The position numbers and the translations under genes are program-made. A stretch of 51,274 nt of DNA, counting the filler, from Streblomastix strix (taxonomy: Eukaryota): assembly GCA_008636045.1 (NCBI GenBank). It is 3 parts of 3 records of this genome, joined end to end, with 100 filler letters (N's around TTAATTAATTAA, not from the genome) between each part and the next. Parts side by side here need not be neighbours in the genome. Positions count along the whole stretch, not along the records: positions 1 to 17,031 come from SNRW01000736.1; 2 more parts are not named here. One strand, written 5' to 3'. Shown here piece by piece: positions 1-13,498 of this stretch. The notes beneath the pieces were generated by a model, which was not told the DNA's origin, did no database searches, and was given only the letters and a program-made list of their open reading frames with translations. The stretch's first letter is position 1, and each line of letters begins with the position of its first letter.

Positions 1-70
1 ACCTTATAAAATTATTGATAAAGAAAAGAACAAATTTAATTAGCAAATTTTAGAATATTTTTATTTTTAG

Positions 71-1966
71 CCAGTTTCTTTTGCTGTACACATGATAAGA
101 TATTATTAAAAACTGTTGGAAAAACACAATTAAAAGTTAACATAGATACAATAGAATATAATCCTAGCTTTTTATGCCCGTCCAAAATCAAATATATTTA
201 CCACTAAATAATTACAATAAATAAAATGTTTGACAGCTACGCAAGTTGATGGTGACATTGTAGCATTAGACAGATCTTCTTCATTAATAATTGATATAAA
301 AGCAATTGGAGAAAACGAGTTCTGCGTAATTTCTGATAAAAATATATTAGTTTTTTCACTTATACTTAATGTGAAACATTAACTAATCTTGCCAGTATAT
401 AAAAGCGTTATGAATGAATTAAGAGAATATCCATTTGATATTAATATACACAATGGTTTAATCTTTGAAGATAAACAAAAACTTGACAATGATGAAGATG
501 AATATTTGTAGAGTAAAGATGGAACCGAAAGGTTTATGTTCAATATGTTAATGACTTGTACAATACTATCGAACCAAGGAATCTCTTTTATTCTTCCTTC
601 TACATTTGGATAAGGAACATTTTTCGGAGGTATTGATGGTAAATTATATCCTCAGTTCAGGAAATTAGATAAAATAATCCATAAACCAGCAAATGAAATG
701 GTAGCTTTCTATACATTGGCTCTTGATCTCATGAAAAATTCATAAGAAAGAATAGGTAAAACATAAACATCAGTATCAGATGTTGCATAACTGGCTCACA
801 AAATATATAGCAAAGAATTGAATAAGAATTTAAATTAATAATAACACGAAGAATTGAATTTAATAAGATTTGATGACAATTCATTCAAACATCAAAATCA
901 CAATTGGATTCATGATGTTATCTTAATGTCATCTTGTTCCTTCACTTCATATAACATCATGCAATGTTTGCCTTCAATAGAACCGTTTGTTATTCTTACT
1001 CATCGTGGATGGTGTGCATGTGCTGTGCCAGTTAGATATGATCAGACACCTTACAGAGATTTAGGAATGAGAAACTTCAGTTCAGCTTTGAGCGCAATGA
1101 ACTGTGGAAATTTGTGGGTTAATCCACAAGCTCAATTTTTACCCTGTTATGATGAATTTGAACAAAACCTATTTCGTAAATACGTTCATATGGAAATAGA
1201 GGAAGAATTATCTGAATCTGGAACAATCTCTGTAATACCATAACGTCCAATCATGAGATACCACACACCTGTTTTCCCTCTCAGATTTAGCCGCTATTTT
1301 GATTCAGAGATTCTTATTGGAATTTCACCTCATCCACTTCAATGCGAGAATTACCTCTGCAAAACACTGTCACCATTTCAGATAAGGAAAGTAGTTACTA
1401 TGATGGGTTTTGAAGGAGATGTGCGCCACAGATGGAAATTGAGTGAGAGAGAAAGAGTTCGTAAGTTACTCAACATTTCAGATACTGCAGATGAAGAAAA
1501 AGAATAAGAATAAATTATATTATACAACTCAGCTAAAACAAAAGAATAAAAATAGAATCTAATTAAATTGTATAGAGAAATTAGAGATAAAGAACAAGAA
1601 GATGAAGTAAAGAAAAGATTTAATCAAATATATAATGATAATAACTAAGCAAACTCATAATCCAACAATAACTCCTACCGAACATCCTAAAACAATTCAT
1701 AAACTAAATAATCTCTCTTATTAAGCAATGTTAAATAATTATCGTCATATTTATATCCTGAAATCACAACGAATAATACAGAATTAACTGTCAATTAGCC
1801 CACAATGATGCATTTTTAAGAATAAATGAGCCCACAATATCAGAAAAAGAACACAATACTTAATACTCTTACAAACGATACATTAGAACATCCTATTCCA
1901 CTTAACAACATTCAACGAGCAATTTTATCTGAAAGGATATAAAAGATTCCTAAAGAATATCGTTGA
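71..1966 (+). CDS. Hypothetical protein, 5'-partial, spliced
   Basis: With TAR=Gln, one frame is open from ~396 to TGA 1964-1966 and joins track ORFs 854-1243 and 1253-1507. Two upstream GT-AG introns lie at about 180-236 and 326-395. No family recognised. Confidence 0.75.
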
Positions 1967-2503
1967 AATATTTTACTTCAAGAGTATTTTTATATAAATT
2001 TATATTTTGATTGAATGAGAGAAAAATTTTTAAGAATGATATTCTTTTTTTATTCATTTAATTTTTGATTTATAGGTATAGACAATCATAAATTAATAAC
2101 TCTTGTCAACTTTGTGGAATAATAATTAAGTCTATTTAACCAAATTAAAATCTTATTTTGTACAATCTTATTTAAATTTATTCATTTTATTGAATATTTT
2201 ACGTTTCATAATTAACATCTTTCGTATTTCATTAGTTGAAATATCATTTATCTTGTTTTTTAATTATTGTTATATTCTTCTTGTTTCTATTAAATCCTTA
2301 TTGTTAATCATTTCTGCTATATTATTATTGTTCTTCATTTGTTTAGTTTATTTCTTGATCTGTTTCAATCTCAACACTGATATTAATAAATCAATGCAAA
2401 CTCTTTAAAATTGGCATTTTTATTTGTATTAATGTTATTTAAACTCGAAATAGTTCAATAAATCCAAAAATTGCAAATTTATTAACATTGAGATAAAAAC
2501 GCA

Positions 2504-4294
2504 ATGTCAAAGAAATTGTTTGAAACTATACGTTCTTCAGACACACTTGATTAACCCAATGAGAATGCAAAAGTAAGATACAATGATTTTATTCTAATCA
2601 TTCGTTAATTCACATTTTTCACTTTCTGCACTATTTTGCATGCGTAGCTTGAAGAGGTACCTCTACTTGTGAATGGTTTACTATCTGAAAACTCTGAAAA
2701 CTCTGAAATATAATCTTAAATAACAGAACGGCTTATAACGATAGCTCTGCACGGTTATTTTTAATATTTTTTATTCACTCAATTTCAGCTGATCTAAATT
2801 GTAATTGTTTATTTCAGATTAAGATAGTGGATCATTTATAAGTTATCTGTACCTTAGTCCTCTGATAGTTATGTTAAAGGTTTAATTAGTGCTTTATTTT
2901 ATTCATTATAAGTTTTTTTTATTTTTTTTATTAGAGCAAAGATGAAAAACATTCAAATGTAGCCTGTGAAGCGCTGAGTAAACTTATCAGAAAATCTCCA
3001 AATATTTAGAAGGCACTTGTGGAGAATGGATTTGTTTAGATGACTACCTTTGCTCTTGTTCGCTTTTTATTAATTCGTTTTAATTTATTTAACATATTTA
3101 ATTTGTTTTATATTTATTTACAGATTGAAGAAGGAGTATCTCATCATGTGCAGTCAAACATTCTTGTTGTTATTCTTGATCTTATAACCAGTGGAGCTGA
3201 TATTCGTGTAATGGGTGGACTTCTTCCTATTCTTGAAAAACTTGTATAAGAGAAAGATTCAAAATAATAAGAAATAACAATGAAAGCTAAAATGATACAA
3301 ACATTGCTTGCTGGATAAGGAATTACAGGATCTTCTTCAAACTCTGAAATATAAGAATTAAACAGAAATAATGAAGAATTGAAGAAAAAGATAAAAGAAT
3401 TTGAACGAAAAGATGAAGAATAGAAAAAGTAAATAATTGATCTTGAACATAAAATTAATCTTGAACATTAAATTAAAGAAGCAAAACCTAAAATTGGTGA
3501 TGTTGCAATTTCAATCAATGTTCCAACAGGTTCTTATACAAAGAAAGATGGTGAATTCACTTATACATCAACATAAGGTCAGTTCAAAGTATTCCAAATC
3601 AATCCAGTGATCACTGAAGGGATATATAAATGTGAATTCAAAGGAACATTTAACACAAGCAATGATTGTTTGTTTATATATTTCATTATTCTAATATATA
3701 ATTTCATTCTCTTATTTATTATTCAGGGATTGGTGTTATGAAATCTGGTCTGAATGTACCATTTGGATCTCATACAAATACACAACTTTGTGTGAGATCT
3801 TATTATTACATTTGATTCTTATTATTCTTATTAAACAAATTAAATTTTTAGATGCAAAGGACAGCATGTTCTTTCAAACTAGGTATATAAAATGTTATAT
3901 TTGATTATTTTATATTTTTAATCATTTTCATTACCCATTATGTATTTTTATTTAAATAGTTATGTATTTCAAAACGGAAAACCTACAATGGCAGGAAACA
4001 AAACAATAACCAACAATGACATAGTTTCTATTGAAGTCAACATGAATACAACACCACGAACTGCTCATCTCTTCATAAACAATGTTCAACAGCCTGGATA
4101 TATAAGTGGACTTCCTGAATCTATTCAGTATTACGTATGATAATTAATTAATAGATTGAATATTTAATATTATTTTGTTATGACAGTTTTAATTGTGGAC
4201 CATGGGATAACCAGCAACTGTTCTATCTCTGAAACGTCTTTCTGCTCCAACAGTCACAAATATCTCCAATGCAAAAGAAGTGAAGTGGGAATGA
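2504..4294 (+). CDS. ARM-like N-terminus + coiled coil + C-terminal B30.2/SPRY-like beta domain protein
   Basis: ATG 2504, about 8 GT-AG introns, TGA 4292-4294. The C-terminus GIGVMKSG...GNKTITNNDIVSIEVNMNTTPRTAHLFINNVQQP resembles a SPRY-type domain. Confidence 0.75.
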
Positions 4295-4965
4295 AAGAAT
4301 AAAGAGGTAATGTATATAATTTTATATTAAAATTAATTAAACTAAAATTTGTAATTGGTTATGACCTAATATTGACATGTATTCATTAATTAATTGAATA
4401 CAATGTTGTTTAATGGTCAAAACAAAAATATGGGTGTGTAAACGGCAATCACAGTAAATAATACATCGATGATTGGAAGAGCACACCCTAAATTCATAAA
4501 TATAAATACTTTATTTATTAAATTATTGATTTAATTATCTTTTTCCTTTTTCATGTATTATTCACTTAGAACTTTCACTTGCACATGATGCAACGAAAAG
4601 AATGTGATAAATTGAAACTTAATATCTTTTTTATTGTTTTGCTTGAACTATTAATTGTTAATTGTTTGAATATACATATATACTTATAAAAATTAAAGAT
4701 AATATGACAATTATTTATTCAATGAAGCTGAAAAAGAATTTGTACAATAAACACATCGTAGTGCTTGTTCCTGTATTTATGTTTTTATTTTATTGATATT
4801 ATTATACTAAAAATATATTTTACTTAAATAATTATCCAAAAAATAATATTATTAACAAATATTGACGAGAAAATTATAAATTTATTTATTTAAAAAAAAT
4901 GAACAATTTCTTAGCATAAAGATAACTTTAATTTGATTTAAATACTATTTTTTCTTTTAGTACAT

Positions 4966-7900
4966 ATGGCTGATATACCTCCTTTGTTAGAAAGGTTTCA
5001 TGGTCTTGTAGATGTGATGGATTCTCACGATTGGTTTGTTGATTCGTTTTTTATTTGTCTTTATTGTTTACAAATTTTATTTTAAGGCTGCACAGATACG
5101 ATTAACCCGGCATCCCTCATATTTGGAGAGATCTAGATAACTAATACAATAGTCGTCGTCTTGTAGCTTTGGATTAACTTTCAAAACTAACTTCATAATA
5201 ATCATCTTCTTAGACATCTGAATCAAAAAATGATCCATCTCAACCTCCATAAATATCAGACTAACTAATTTGTAATAAATGCCAGAAAGTAATAGTAAAT
5301 AAATTCCCTCTTCAACCCATAAATTATCACATTCAGATCTGTTGGATGTGTGGAAGATACATTTGTGAAGAATGCACTGATTTTGTTGATCTGATTTCAG
5401 TTCAGAAGAGTTTGAGAGATAAAGATGGAGATAAGAATAAACTTACTAATCCAATTATGCTGGTATGATATTTGTTATTTATTTATTTATTTATATCAAT
5501 TTATTAATATCTATATATTTATTTCTTCAATATATTTCTATTTTTATTTCTTTAATATTTATTTCTTTAATATATTTCTTTAATATATTTCTTTAATATT
5601 TATATATTTCTATATATTCTATGAAGGGTCGTTGTTTCCATTGTAATGCTCCTCTTGGTCCACTTTCAGCTCCAATGAAGAATAAGATTGAATGGGGAGT
5701 GTGAAATTAGAATAAATAAATAAATAAATAAATATATTTGAATTATTCATTTAATTTAAATTTACTTATTAATTAATCATTTATATAATTTGATTATTAT
5801 TATAATTTCTTATATTATAGTTCCTATTCTGTGATCCAAATGAAGATGGACATCCTAATCCTCGTATTTTAGCTGTTAAATCAGTAACAATGGAGATTGA
5901 TCCATCGATTATGCAGGCTCATTAACTATTCTATAAACATAAGAAGTATAAAGAAGCATTATTATACATGACAAGAGCTATTATGTGCTTAAATTGGATT
6001 GAATCTTTCTATAAAGATGCAATGTATGCATTATATTATATTTATATATAATTTACTAATTAATTATTCTTCCTTAAATATATTTTAACAATTATATATA
6101 TTACTTATTATCTTTATAATTACTCTTATATATTTAATTACTCTTATATATTTAATTACTCTTATGTATAATTACTCTTATATATATAATTACTTTTATA
6201 TATAATTACTCTTATATATATAATTACTTCACATATATATCCAGGTATGGTATATTCTCCTCATCATTATATAGAGCACATTGTATCAGAATAACAATGA
6301 TGAAATAGATTGAAGAAATCAATTAAATTGAACAGGGCGAAAAATAAGATCAGAAGGAATAAGATAAAGATGATAAATAATAATAATAAAAGAAAGATAA
6401 AGACAAAGAATAAGAATAATAAGTGAAATAGAAATAAGAATAAAAAGTAGAAGGAGAAGTAGAAAAAGATTAAGATGAATAAAATAATGAAAAGAAAGTA
6501 ATTAGAGATGAAGAATAAGAAAAAGAATAGAAAATAGAAGAAAAGAAAGAAGAATTGAAGGATAAAACAGAAATTATTAAAGAATTAATAAAATTGAGAC
6601 CTTGTTTGTATATTATATTTTGTTTTTATTTAGATTATATTATTATATTTATCTTACTTTTAAACAGAAGCATTTTCTTAAGAATTATCTTATTTATGTG
6701 ATACTCATGTATGTATTATTAATTATATATAAAATAATTATAAATCATATTAAAATATAATAATTATAATAATTATATTAAATTGATTATTTTTATTAAT
6801 TTATATTATAATTAAATAGAACCCATCTCGTGGTTTCATTGATCCATTACAATTACCATTTCATTCTTTGTATTTAGAGGTCTTATATATAATATATAAT
6901 AGGATAAAACAATTCTTAAAAATAATTAGATTAATTTTATATTTATTGATATTCTTTATTTAATTTATATTTATATTTATATTTATATTTATATTTATAT
7001 TTATATTTATATTTATATTTATATTTATATTTATATTTATATTTATATTTAATTTTATATTTATATAATAAAGGCAATTTCATTTCCATTAGGAATGCAT
7101 ATTATGAGAGATGAATCTTCTACAAGGTTCAATTTACTTTATTATTTATTTCTAATAATCATAAACTATTATTTAAACATCTTATTAATAATATACAATC
7201 ATTTATTCAGGCACATTTTCTGTAGTTGTTGCACAGGCAATCCAAGAATAAGATAACTTGGTATATTGAATATTAAATAATTTATTTATTAATCTTAATT
7301 CATATTAAATTTATAAATCTTTATTCATATATTCTGTTTCTTATTTAATATTTTGTAATTAAGGTGTAATTCACAAAGGAGCAATACAATGGATTGGATC
7401 TGCAAATTCAATTGCTTATAGAATAATGGTTATATATAATTTATTATATAATATAACAACTATTTATATACACTTTATTATTTCAATATATTTAGTTATA
7501 TATACATATAATTATATACGTATAATATATTAAAGGACATTAGATTTGTATTCTAATCAGAAGAAGGAGCAAATTAATTCATATTAGAAGGATAAGAGAG
7601 ATTATCAGAAGGAAGGAAATAGATTAAAATATCCGAGAAGTAAGTTGGTGAATAAGGAAAGTTAGTTGGAGTGTGATATTGTATATAATTATATTGTATT
7701 ATTATTATTATATATTTGTATTTATATTATTAATTTTATTCTTTATTCCATATTTATATATATAATGTTATTAATCAATATCAATATATACTTTATATTT
7801 TCTTTATTCTTATTTTAGGGTCCAGATGCATCTCATATTAATGACTAACCCGTTCCTTCATATGCTTATATATTCAGATAGAAGAATATAGTAGTTAAGA

Positions 7901-8417
7901 TATATGTATAATAGGTTAGATAATTATTGATGGTGAAAGATTGAAAGAATAAATATTTATAATTCAAATACTATTAATTTATTTTAGTTCTTATTATTAA
8001 TTTACTAATCAAATATTTATTTTCATTTAATATTTAATATTTAATAGGGACCACTTTCAACAGCAAAACTTGAACCATCTTTTTTAATCATGCTTGCAAA
8101 AGGCGCAAATGCAAAAGCAGCATTATTTAAATGTTTGATATATAATTATATATCTATTAATGATCATTTTTTAATTTGTATAATATAATATTATTCATTT
8201 ACTCAATTATTTATTTCTAGTCCCATCTGATGAGCAAATATCGCAAATCAGAGCACAATTCGACGAAGACTCCAAATTAGCCCAGAGAATATCAGACAAG
8301 CGGAGAAAAGAGATTCAGAAACTGACCAGAAATGAAATTGTGTGCAAATACGCAGCTGCTTTGATGGAGAAGGACCCTCGAAAGTTGGCTGATCTTCCAG
8401 AATTCCTGGTTCTGTGA
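4966..8417 (+). CDS. Multi-exon hypothetical protein with Cys-rich Zn-finger-like region and TPR-like helix
   Basis: ATG 4966, about 13 AT-rich GT-AG introns, TGA 8415-8417. Motifs CNKC, CWMCGRYICEEC, CFHC and KKYKEALLYMTRAI, plus a Q/E/K low-complexity tract at 6300-6600. Confidence 0.7.
6118..6240. repeat. Intronic minisatellite, unit ~TAATTACTCTTATATA(TA)
   Basis: About 7 tandem imperfect copies. Confidence 0.85.
6964..7050. repeat. (TTTATA)n intronic microsatellite
   Basis: Directly visible tandem hexamer. Confidence 0.95.
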
Positions 8418-8556
8418 GTTCATTGATTCAAAAGATAAATAAAAAAAATATTTAAATTTTTGTTATTTTAATCCAATAATATTGTATTAATTCGAACAAT
8501 TATACGAGTATGTGCGATTGTATGATATGATTCATCAATTACAAAAGACCATCTTT

Positions 8557-10255
8557 TCAGTTATTCAGACCATTATATTTGAAGATGCTTAAAATCTCCA
8601 TCTATACTCTATGAGCAGAATTGAAATACTGATTATCACCATTAACACGTGTTTAGTAACAAAGAGCTTCAATTTCTTCGATTCCGCCTTCATTTGTTAA
8701 TTTTTCTTTTAATTCACAATCTAGTGAATAGTACACTTCCTTCTTCAGCAACAGATCACGAATATCAGAAATGAACTTATAAAGAAAATACAATGATTTT
8801 TATATCTCTGTATTATTGGTTTCAGTTAATCCTCCTGCAACTGATAATGCAAAGGCCAATGACTGACTGTATCCTGAATGCACAAGCAGGGTTTGAATAT
8901 TTGGTGTTCCATGATCTTGAACAAAAGCCAAACATTACAGTGAGCGATATTGGATCACTGATTGTTCATTCTTCTCTAATGCATCAACACCAATATGTGT
9001 TTATTTGAACTATGCTATACTATTGAGTGTGTAGATGAATTTGGGATTTGAATATGATGTGAACAAACCATCTGGATAGACTATAAGAAAAGAATTTAAG
9101 TAATGCAGAGCAGAAGCAATGATGTCAGCTTAAGGACAAACTGCAATGATTTATTATTATTACTCATTTTACTATTATTATTATTACTCAATTTATTATT
9201 ATTATTACTCAATTTACTATTACTCCAAAGGTTTGTATTTCATTCCATAACTGTTGGTGAATGCAACAAGAAGAGAAGTAACATGTTGAGTGATCAGATG
9301 TTTCTCATTAAAGTAGTCCATTGTGATGACATTATATGATGTAAGTTATATGAGAGCTTCAAAAGTATGGATCTGAAGGTCATGCAATGCTGGTGTGCAT
9401 ATGATAGATACATGTTTGATGCATTCCTTAACATTACAGTTTATATGAAGAAGCTTTGCTACTGTATCTTGTTGATTGGTAGACACAAAATACTTGAGGT
9501 TATTAACTGAGAGATATTTGATCAATATTAAGAGCTTATTTATATCATTGATCAGGAATTCTATTTATTATTCTTTCAATTCTTATGTCTCAATTTAATC
9601 TTCCTTAACTTTTTTAACCTTCTTCTTTTGTGTTAACAATCCAATATTCCTTTATAATGCTTATTGAAACAATTATAATATACTTTCTTTTATATCTTAA
9701 TTCTTATAGGCGATGAATATTATTCTGATCAACAGTTATATGAGCTATGAATATGGTGGTTATTCAGATTATATCAACTTCTATTCCAGATCAATGTCTT
9801 TTTAATTCAGAAGTAAAGAATCAAGCTTAGAAAGGAGATTTGATTTTCTCATTGGATCACAGAAGGTATTTAAACCTTTGGCTGATTTCATCTGAATTCC
9901 ACGATCAGTTAAAATCTGTTAAAATATGAAAGTAGTTAATTAAAAATAGTTAAATAAGAAAATAAAAAATAAATACTTCAATTAGTTAAAGCAAAGCAAG
10001 TTATGGTCCTGTCTCACACTCTCCAATGTTATTCAAGATCACTGTAAATGTTGTAACATCAATGTTTTTCTCCAGAATATCATCATCCAATTAAGCAGCT
10101 TGTTAACAAAGCTTCTTTACCTGGCCAATTTGTTCCGTTTCGCTCAATGAGCCAACTCTGAAAACTTCATTAATACTTTATGTGGTTAGCACATCTTGTT
10201 ATGATTGTTCATTAACATCATTATCGGTAGAAGAAAGTGAAGAATCGCCTGACAT
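8557..10255 (-). CDS. Hypothetical helical-repeat (ARM-like) protein
   Basis: ATG at 10255, one intron of about 9916-10019, then a long TAR=Gln frame ending ...EGGIEEIEALC...YNGLNN TGA (8557-8559). Confidence 0.75.
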
Positions 10256-10532
10256 AAATTACTAATCTATTTAAACAATAAAAACGTAAATAAAATAAAA
10301 AAAAATGTAAGTAAAAAAATTATCTTCTAACATAATTTGTAGATATTTTAACAGAATTATAGAATAATTCAAGATAAAATAAATATTTACATAGAAATTT
10401 ATGGATAAAATTATAACAGTAATTTGATCCAACAAGCTGCGCATTGATTTTTAATTGTTAATTCAGCACGATATTGTGGTATGTACAAGAAATTATATTG
10501 TAAATAAATGATAAAAAAATGTTTAAATTAAA

Positions 10533-10744
10533 ATTTAAACTGAAATTAAACGAAAATAAAGAAGAAAATTTAGTATGAGATGTTGAATAATAGAAAGAAA
10601 GTTGCTTGTCAAAATTCTCAGAAACTGTAGTTGTAACAAATAATTTGTTAACATAAGAATGAAAATAAATATATTTGTTGTATAAACATAATGAAACGAT
10701 GTACTTTAATATTATCAATGTCTCCAAATATTGGATTAATTTTT
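10533..10744. repeat. Diverged ~210-bp direct repeat, copy 1 (copy 2 at ~12992-13203)
   Basis: Colinear match with scattered substitutions, for example the shared TATCAATGTCTCCAAATATTGGATTAATTTT block. Confidence 0.9.
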
Positions 10745-11290
10745 TCTTCTGATCGACATGTTTCTGAAAGTGTGGTTTTTTGTTAAGTGTAGAGATTGGT
10801 TATGATATGGTTTTGCTCTGAGTAATCAATGAAGGTGAAGAATATATTCGAATCTTTGTTTTTGGAACATTTCCTTTTTTTCAGCCATTCTCAATTGTAA
10901 AGCACACAAACTCTATCATAACAACTTTAATAATAATTAAATTATAATAAAAATTACTTTAAAGTTATGATGTTAATTGAGAGAATATTTTTAATTCATT
11001 TTCTATTTATCATGTACATATCTCATTTTATATTATAATACTCCATTATAATCAATATTATTTTAAATATTACATTTAACTAATTGTTCATAACTGAAAA
11101 TTATTTTATATTTTTCTCAAAATTTAGCAATGAAATATATACAATTAAAATCAATTCTAACCCTTGAAATAACACTTCAAATAATAAAATTTAATTTATA
11201 TTGTTTTTATTAAAATTTACTTGAACTTCTTTTACTATTAGTATTTTATTATATAAATTAAATTATTAGTTTTTATTACTTTTACAAAAG

Positions 11291-12906
11291 ATGTCAGAAA
11301 AATTACCTGCAACTCCTTGCAAAGGGTATCCAATTGGAGAAGAAACAAAATAAATACTTGTTTGATATTTAAATATTATAAGTCATTTCTTAACGCTATT
11401 TTAATTTAATAAATCAGACTGCTTCCCAGAAAAAACGACTCAGAAAGAAGAACAAAAAATAATTGTAGAAAGAAGAAGAAAATCACAAAAAGCAAGATAT
11501 TGATTCTGATTAAGATGCTGAAGAAGAAGAAGAAAGAGATAGTTTAATGATTATTAACTATTTTTATTATTTAAATAATATAAATATTTTTTGTTAATGT
11601 TTAATATTTATAGAATCCAAGCTGACTTGTGCCGTTTGTGGGAAGGAGTGTTCATTAAGATGTTCAGCGTGCAAGGAAGTTTCATATTGGTATAATATAT
11701 TCAATTTTATTAACATTCTTTTTTCATTCTATTATTATTAACAGCTGCAAATAACACCAACTTGACCATTGGAATACCCATAAACTTCGTTGTAACACAT
11801 TGAAGAGAAAAACAACTTCAATTAATGAACAGATAGATTAAGAGGTATATGATGCAGGAATGTAAGCATTTGAACCGTAAATGTCTCTTATAGGATACAA
11901 TCTTAAACCATTCAAACCATTCATTCTACAAGATTGGGACCAATTCAATTATAAAAGGAAATTATTTAAAAAGCTTTATGCTAGCATGTTCGCAAAATAA
12001 GTATCTTTTAATATTGAAGTTACTTAAGGGCTTACTAACCCACTTACAATCATTCATACAATGCAGTTACTCAACATACAACCAAAATAAGGAAAAGATA
12101 CACCAAACTTGATCTGCATTGTTGGAGCAAGTGAGAAACAAGAAGAAGCAGGAATTACAGCATAAAATGGGTATATAAGATTCTATTGGGGAGAAATTGG
12201 ACGTTTCTATCCAGGATGTTTCTTTAACCTCGTTTTTATTGGACCAGACCTCTCAAGAAACAGTGAGTAGAAATCTGGATAATTCTTCGTATCTGAACAA
12301 GTTAATACAATATTCGTTAGATCTACTTTTGATGAATGGTGCCAGAAGAAGCTAGTAAAAAGTTCATCAAATTCTGAATAAGATGAATCAGCTAATCTTC
12401 CGCTTCTTATTATGATGCCAAGTCCAGGATTAGGGTTTATGTCTAATCCATATAATATAGATCTAATTATTAAGTACAATAAATGTGGAATTACAGACAC
12501 TTGGGAAAAGACAATGATTGAGATTGGAAAGCTGAATGTACCTACTGTAATTACTATGGACAATGATGAAGAATTTCTTGAATCTGCATAGAAGTATATT
12601 AATGAAAGGTTTATTAATTGTTTTTAGTTAATTTTTATTTAATTTCATTATTATGTTTACAAATTATTTGCTACAACTACAGTTTTTGAGAATTTTGACA
12701 TACAACTTTCTTTGTATTATTCAACACCTCCTTATCAACACAATCCTTTTGCTGCAAAGAAGATTTATCGTAATGAAGCCGTGGCTGATGATATCATTCA
12801 AGATGGTTTGAATACAGAATCAATCTGGGCTGTGAAGAACTTCGAGTTCACAATTGTTCAAGGATTTAATAACCTTACAGATGAACATAAAACCGATTCG
12901 AAGTGA
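11291..12906 (+). CDS. MYND zinc-finger protein with MSS51-like C-terminal domain
   Basis: MYND finger CAVCGKECSLRCSACKEVSYCCKQHQLDHWNTHKLRC. The downstream motifs LTNPLTI...ICIVGA...WGEI...LVFIGPDL...NPF match the MSS51/ZMYND17 C-terminal pattern. Four introns, the last at 12620-12682; TGA 12904-12906. Confidence 0.8.
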
Positions 12907-13130
12907 AGTATTTTTAATTCATATCAGTTCGTTTGCAGTTTTCGAATGTTTGTTGCAATAAACCAGAGCGATAGAGAGTATTTAATCAAATATTTAAACT
13001 AAATTTAAACAAAAATAAAGAATAAAGTTAAGTATGAGGTGTTGAATAATACAAAGAAAGTTGTATGTCAAAATTCTCAAAAACTGTAGTTGTAGCAAAT
13101 AATTTGTAAACATAATAATGAAATTAAATA
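12636..13130. repeat. Perfect 95-bp inverted repeat (12636-12730 / 13036-13130)
   Basis: Base-by-base comparison shows 13036-13130 is the exact reverse complement of 12636-12730. Confidence 0.95.
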
Positions 13131-13498
13131 TATTTTTTGTATAAATATATTGACATGATATACTTTAATAATATCAATGTCTCCAAATATTGGATTAATT
13201 TTTAATATCTAATTGACAATGGATAAAAATCATATAAAATGAGCATAAAGAGAATAAAATTAATCAAGCGTGATAACAAGATGACATATAATTCTATTTG
13301 TTAATCAATTAATGAAATAAAAAACAAAATAAATTGAGTAAAAACTATTTGAAATTCCATTATAAAAATGACAATAAGCAAAATGCGTTCATATTCCTTC
13401 TGATAATCATCTTATTTTCTTTCTATTTACTTCAATCTATTTTATTATCTTATTAAATATATTAACTGTCTATTCAATTCTTATTCTCATCTTTATTT

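Noticed and set aside
2054..2417. Possible small minus-strand gene
   Set aside because: There are about 100 open codons under table 6, but no convincing start or splice model and no recognisable motif. Such frames arise by chance when TGA is the only stop.
6118..6240. CRISPR-like repeat array
   Set aside because: It is a tandem intronic minisatellite without unique spacers, in a eukaryotic context with no cas genes.
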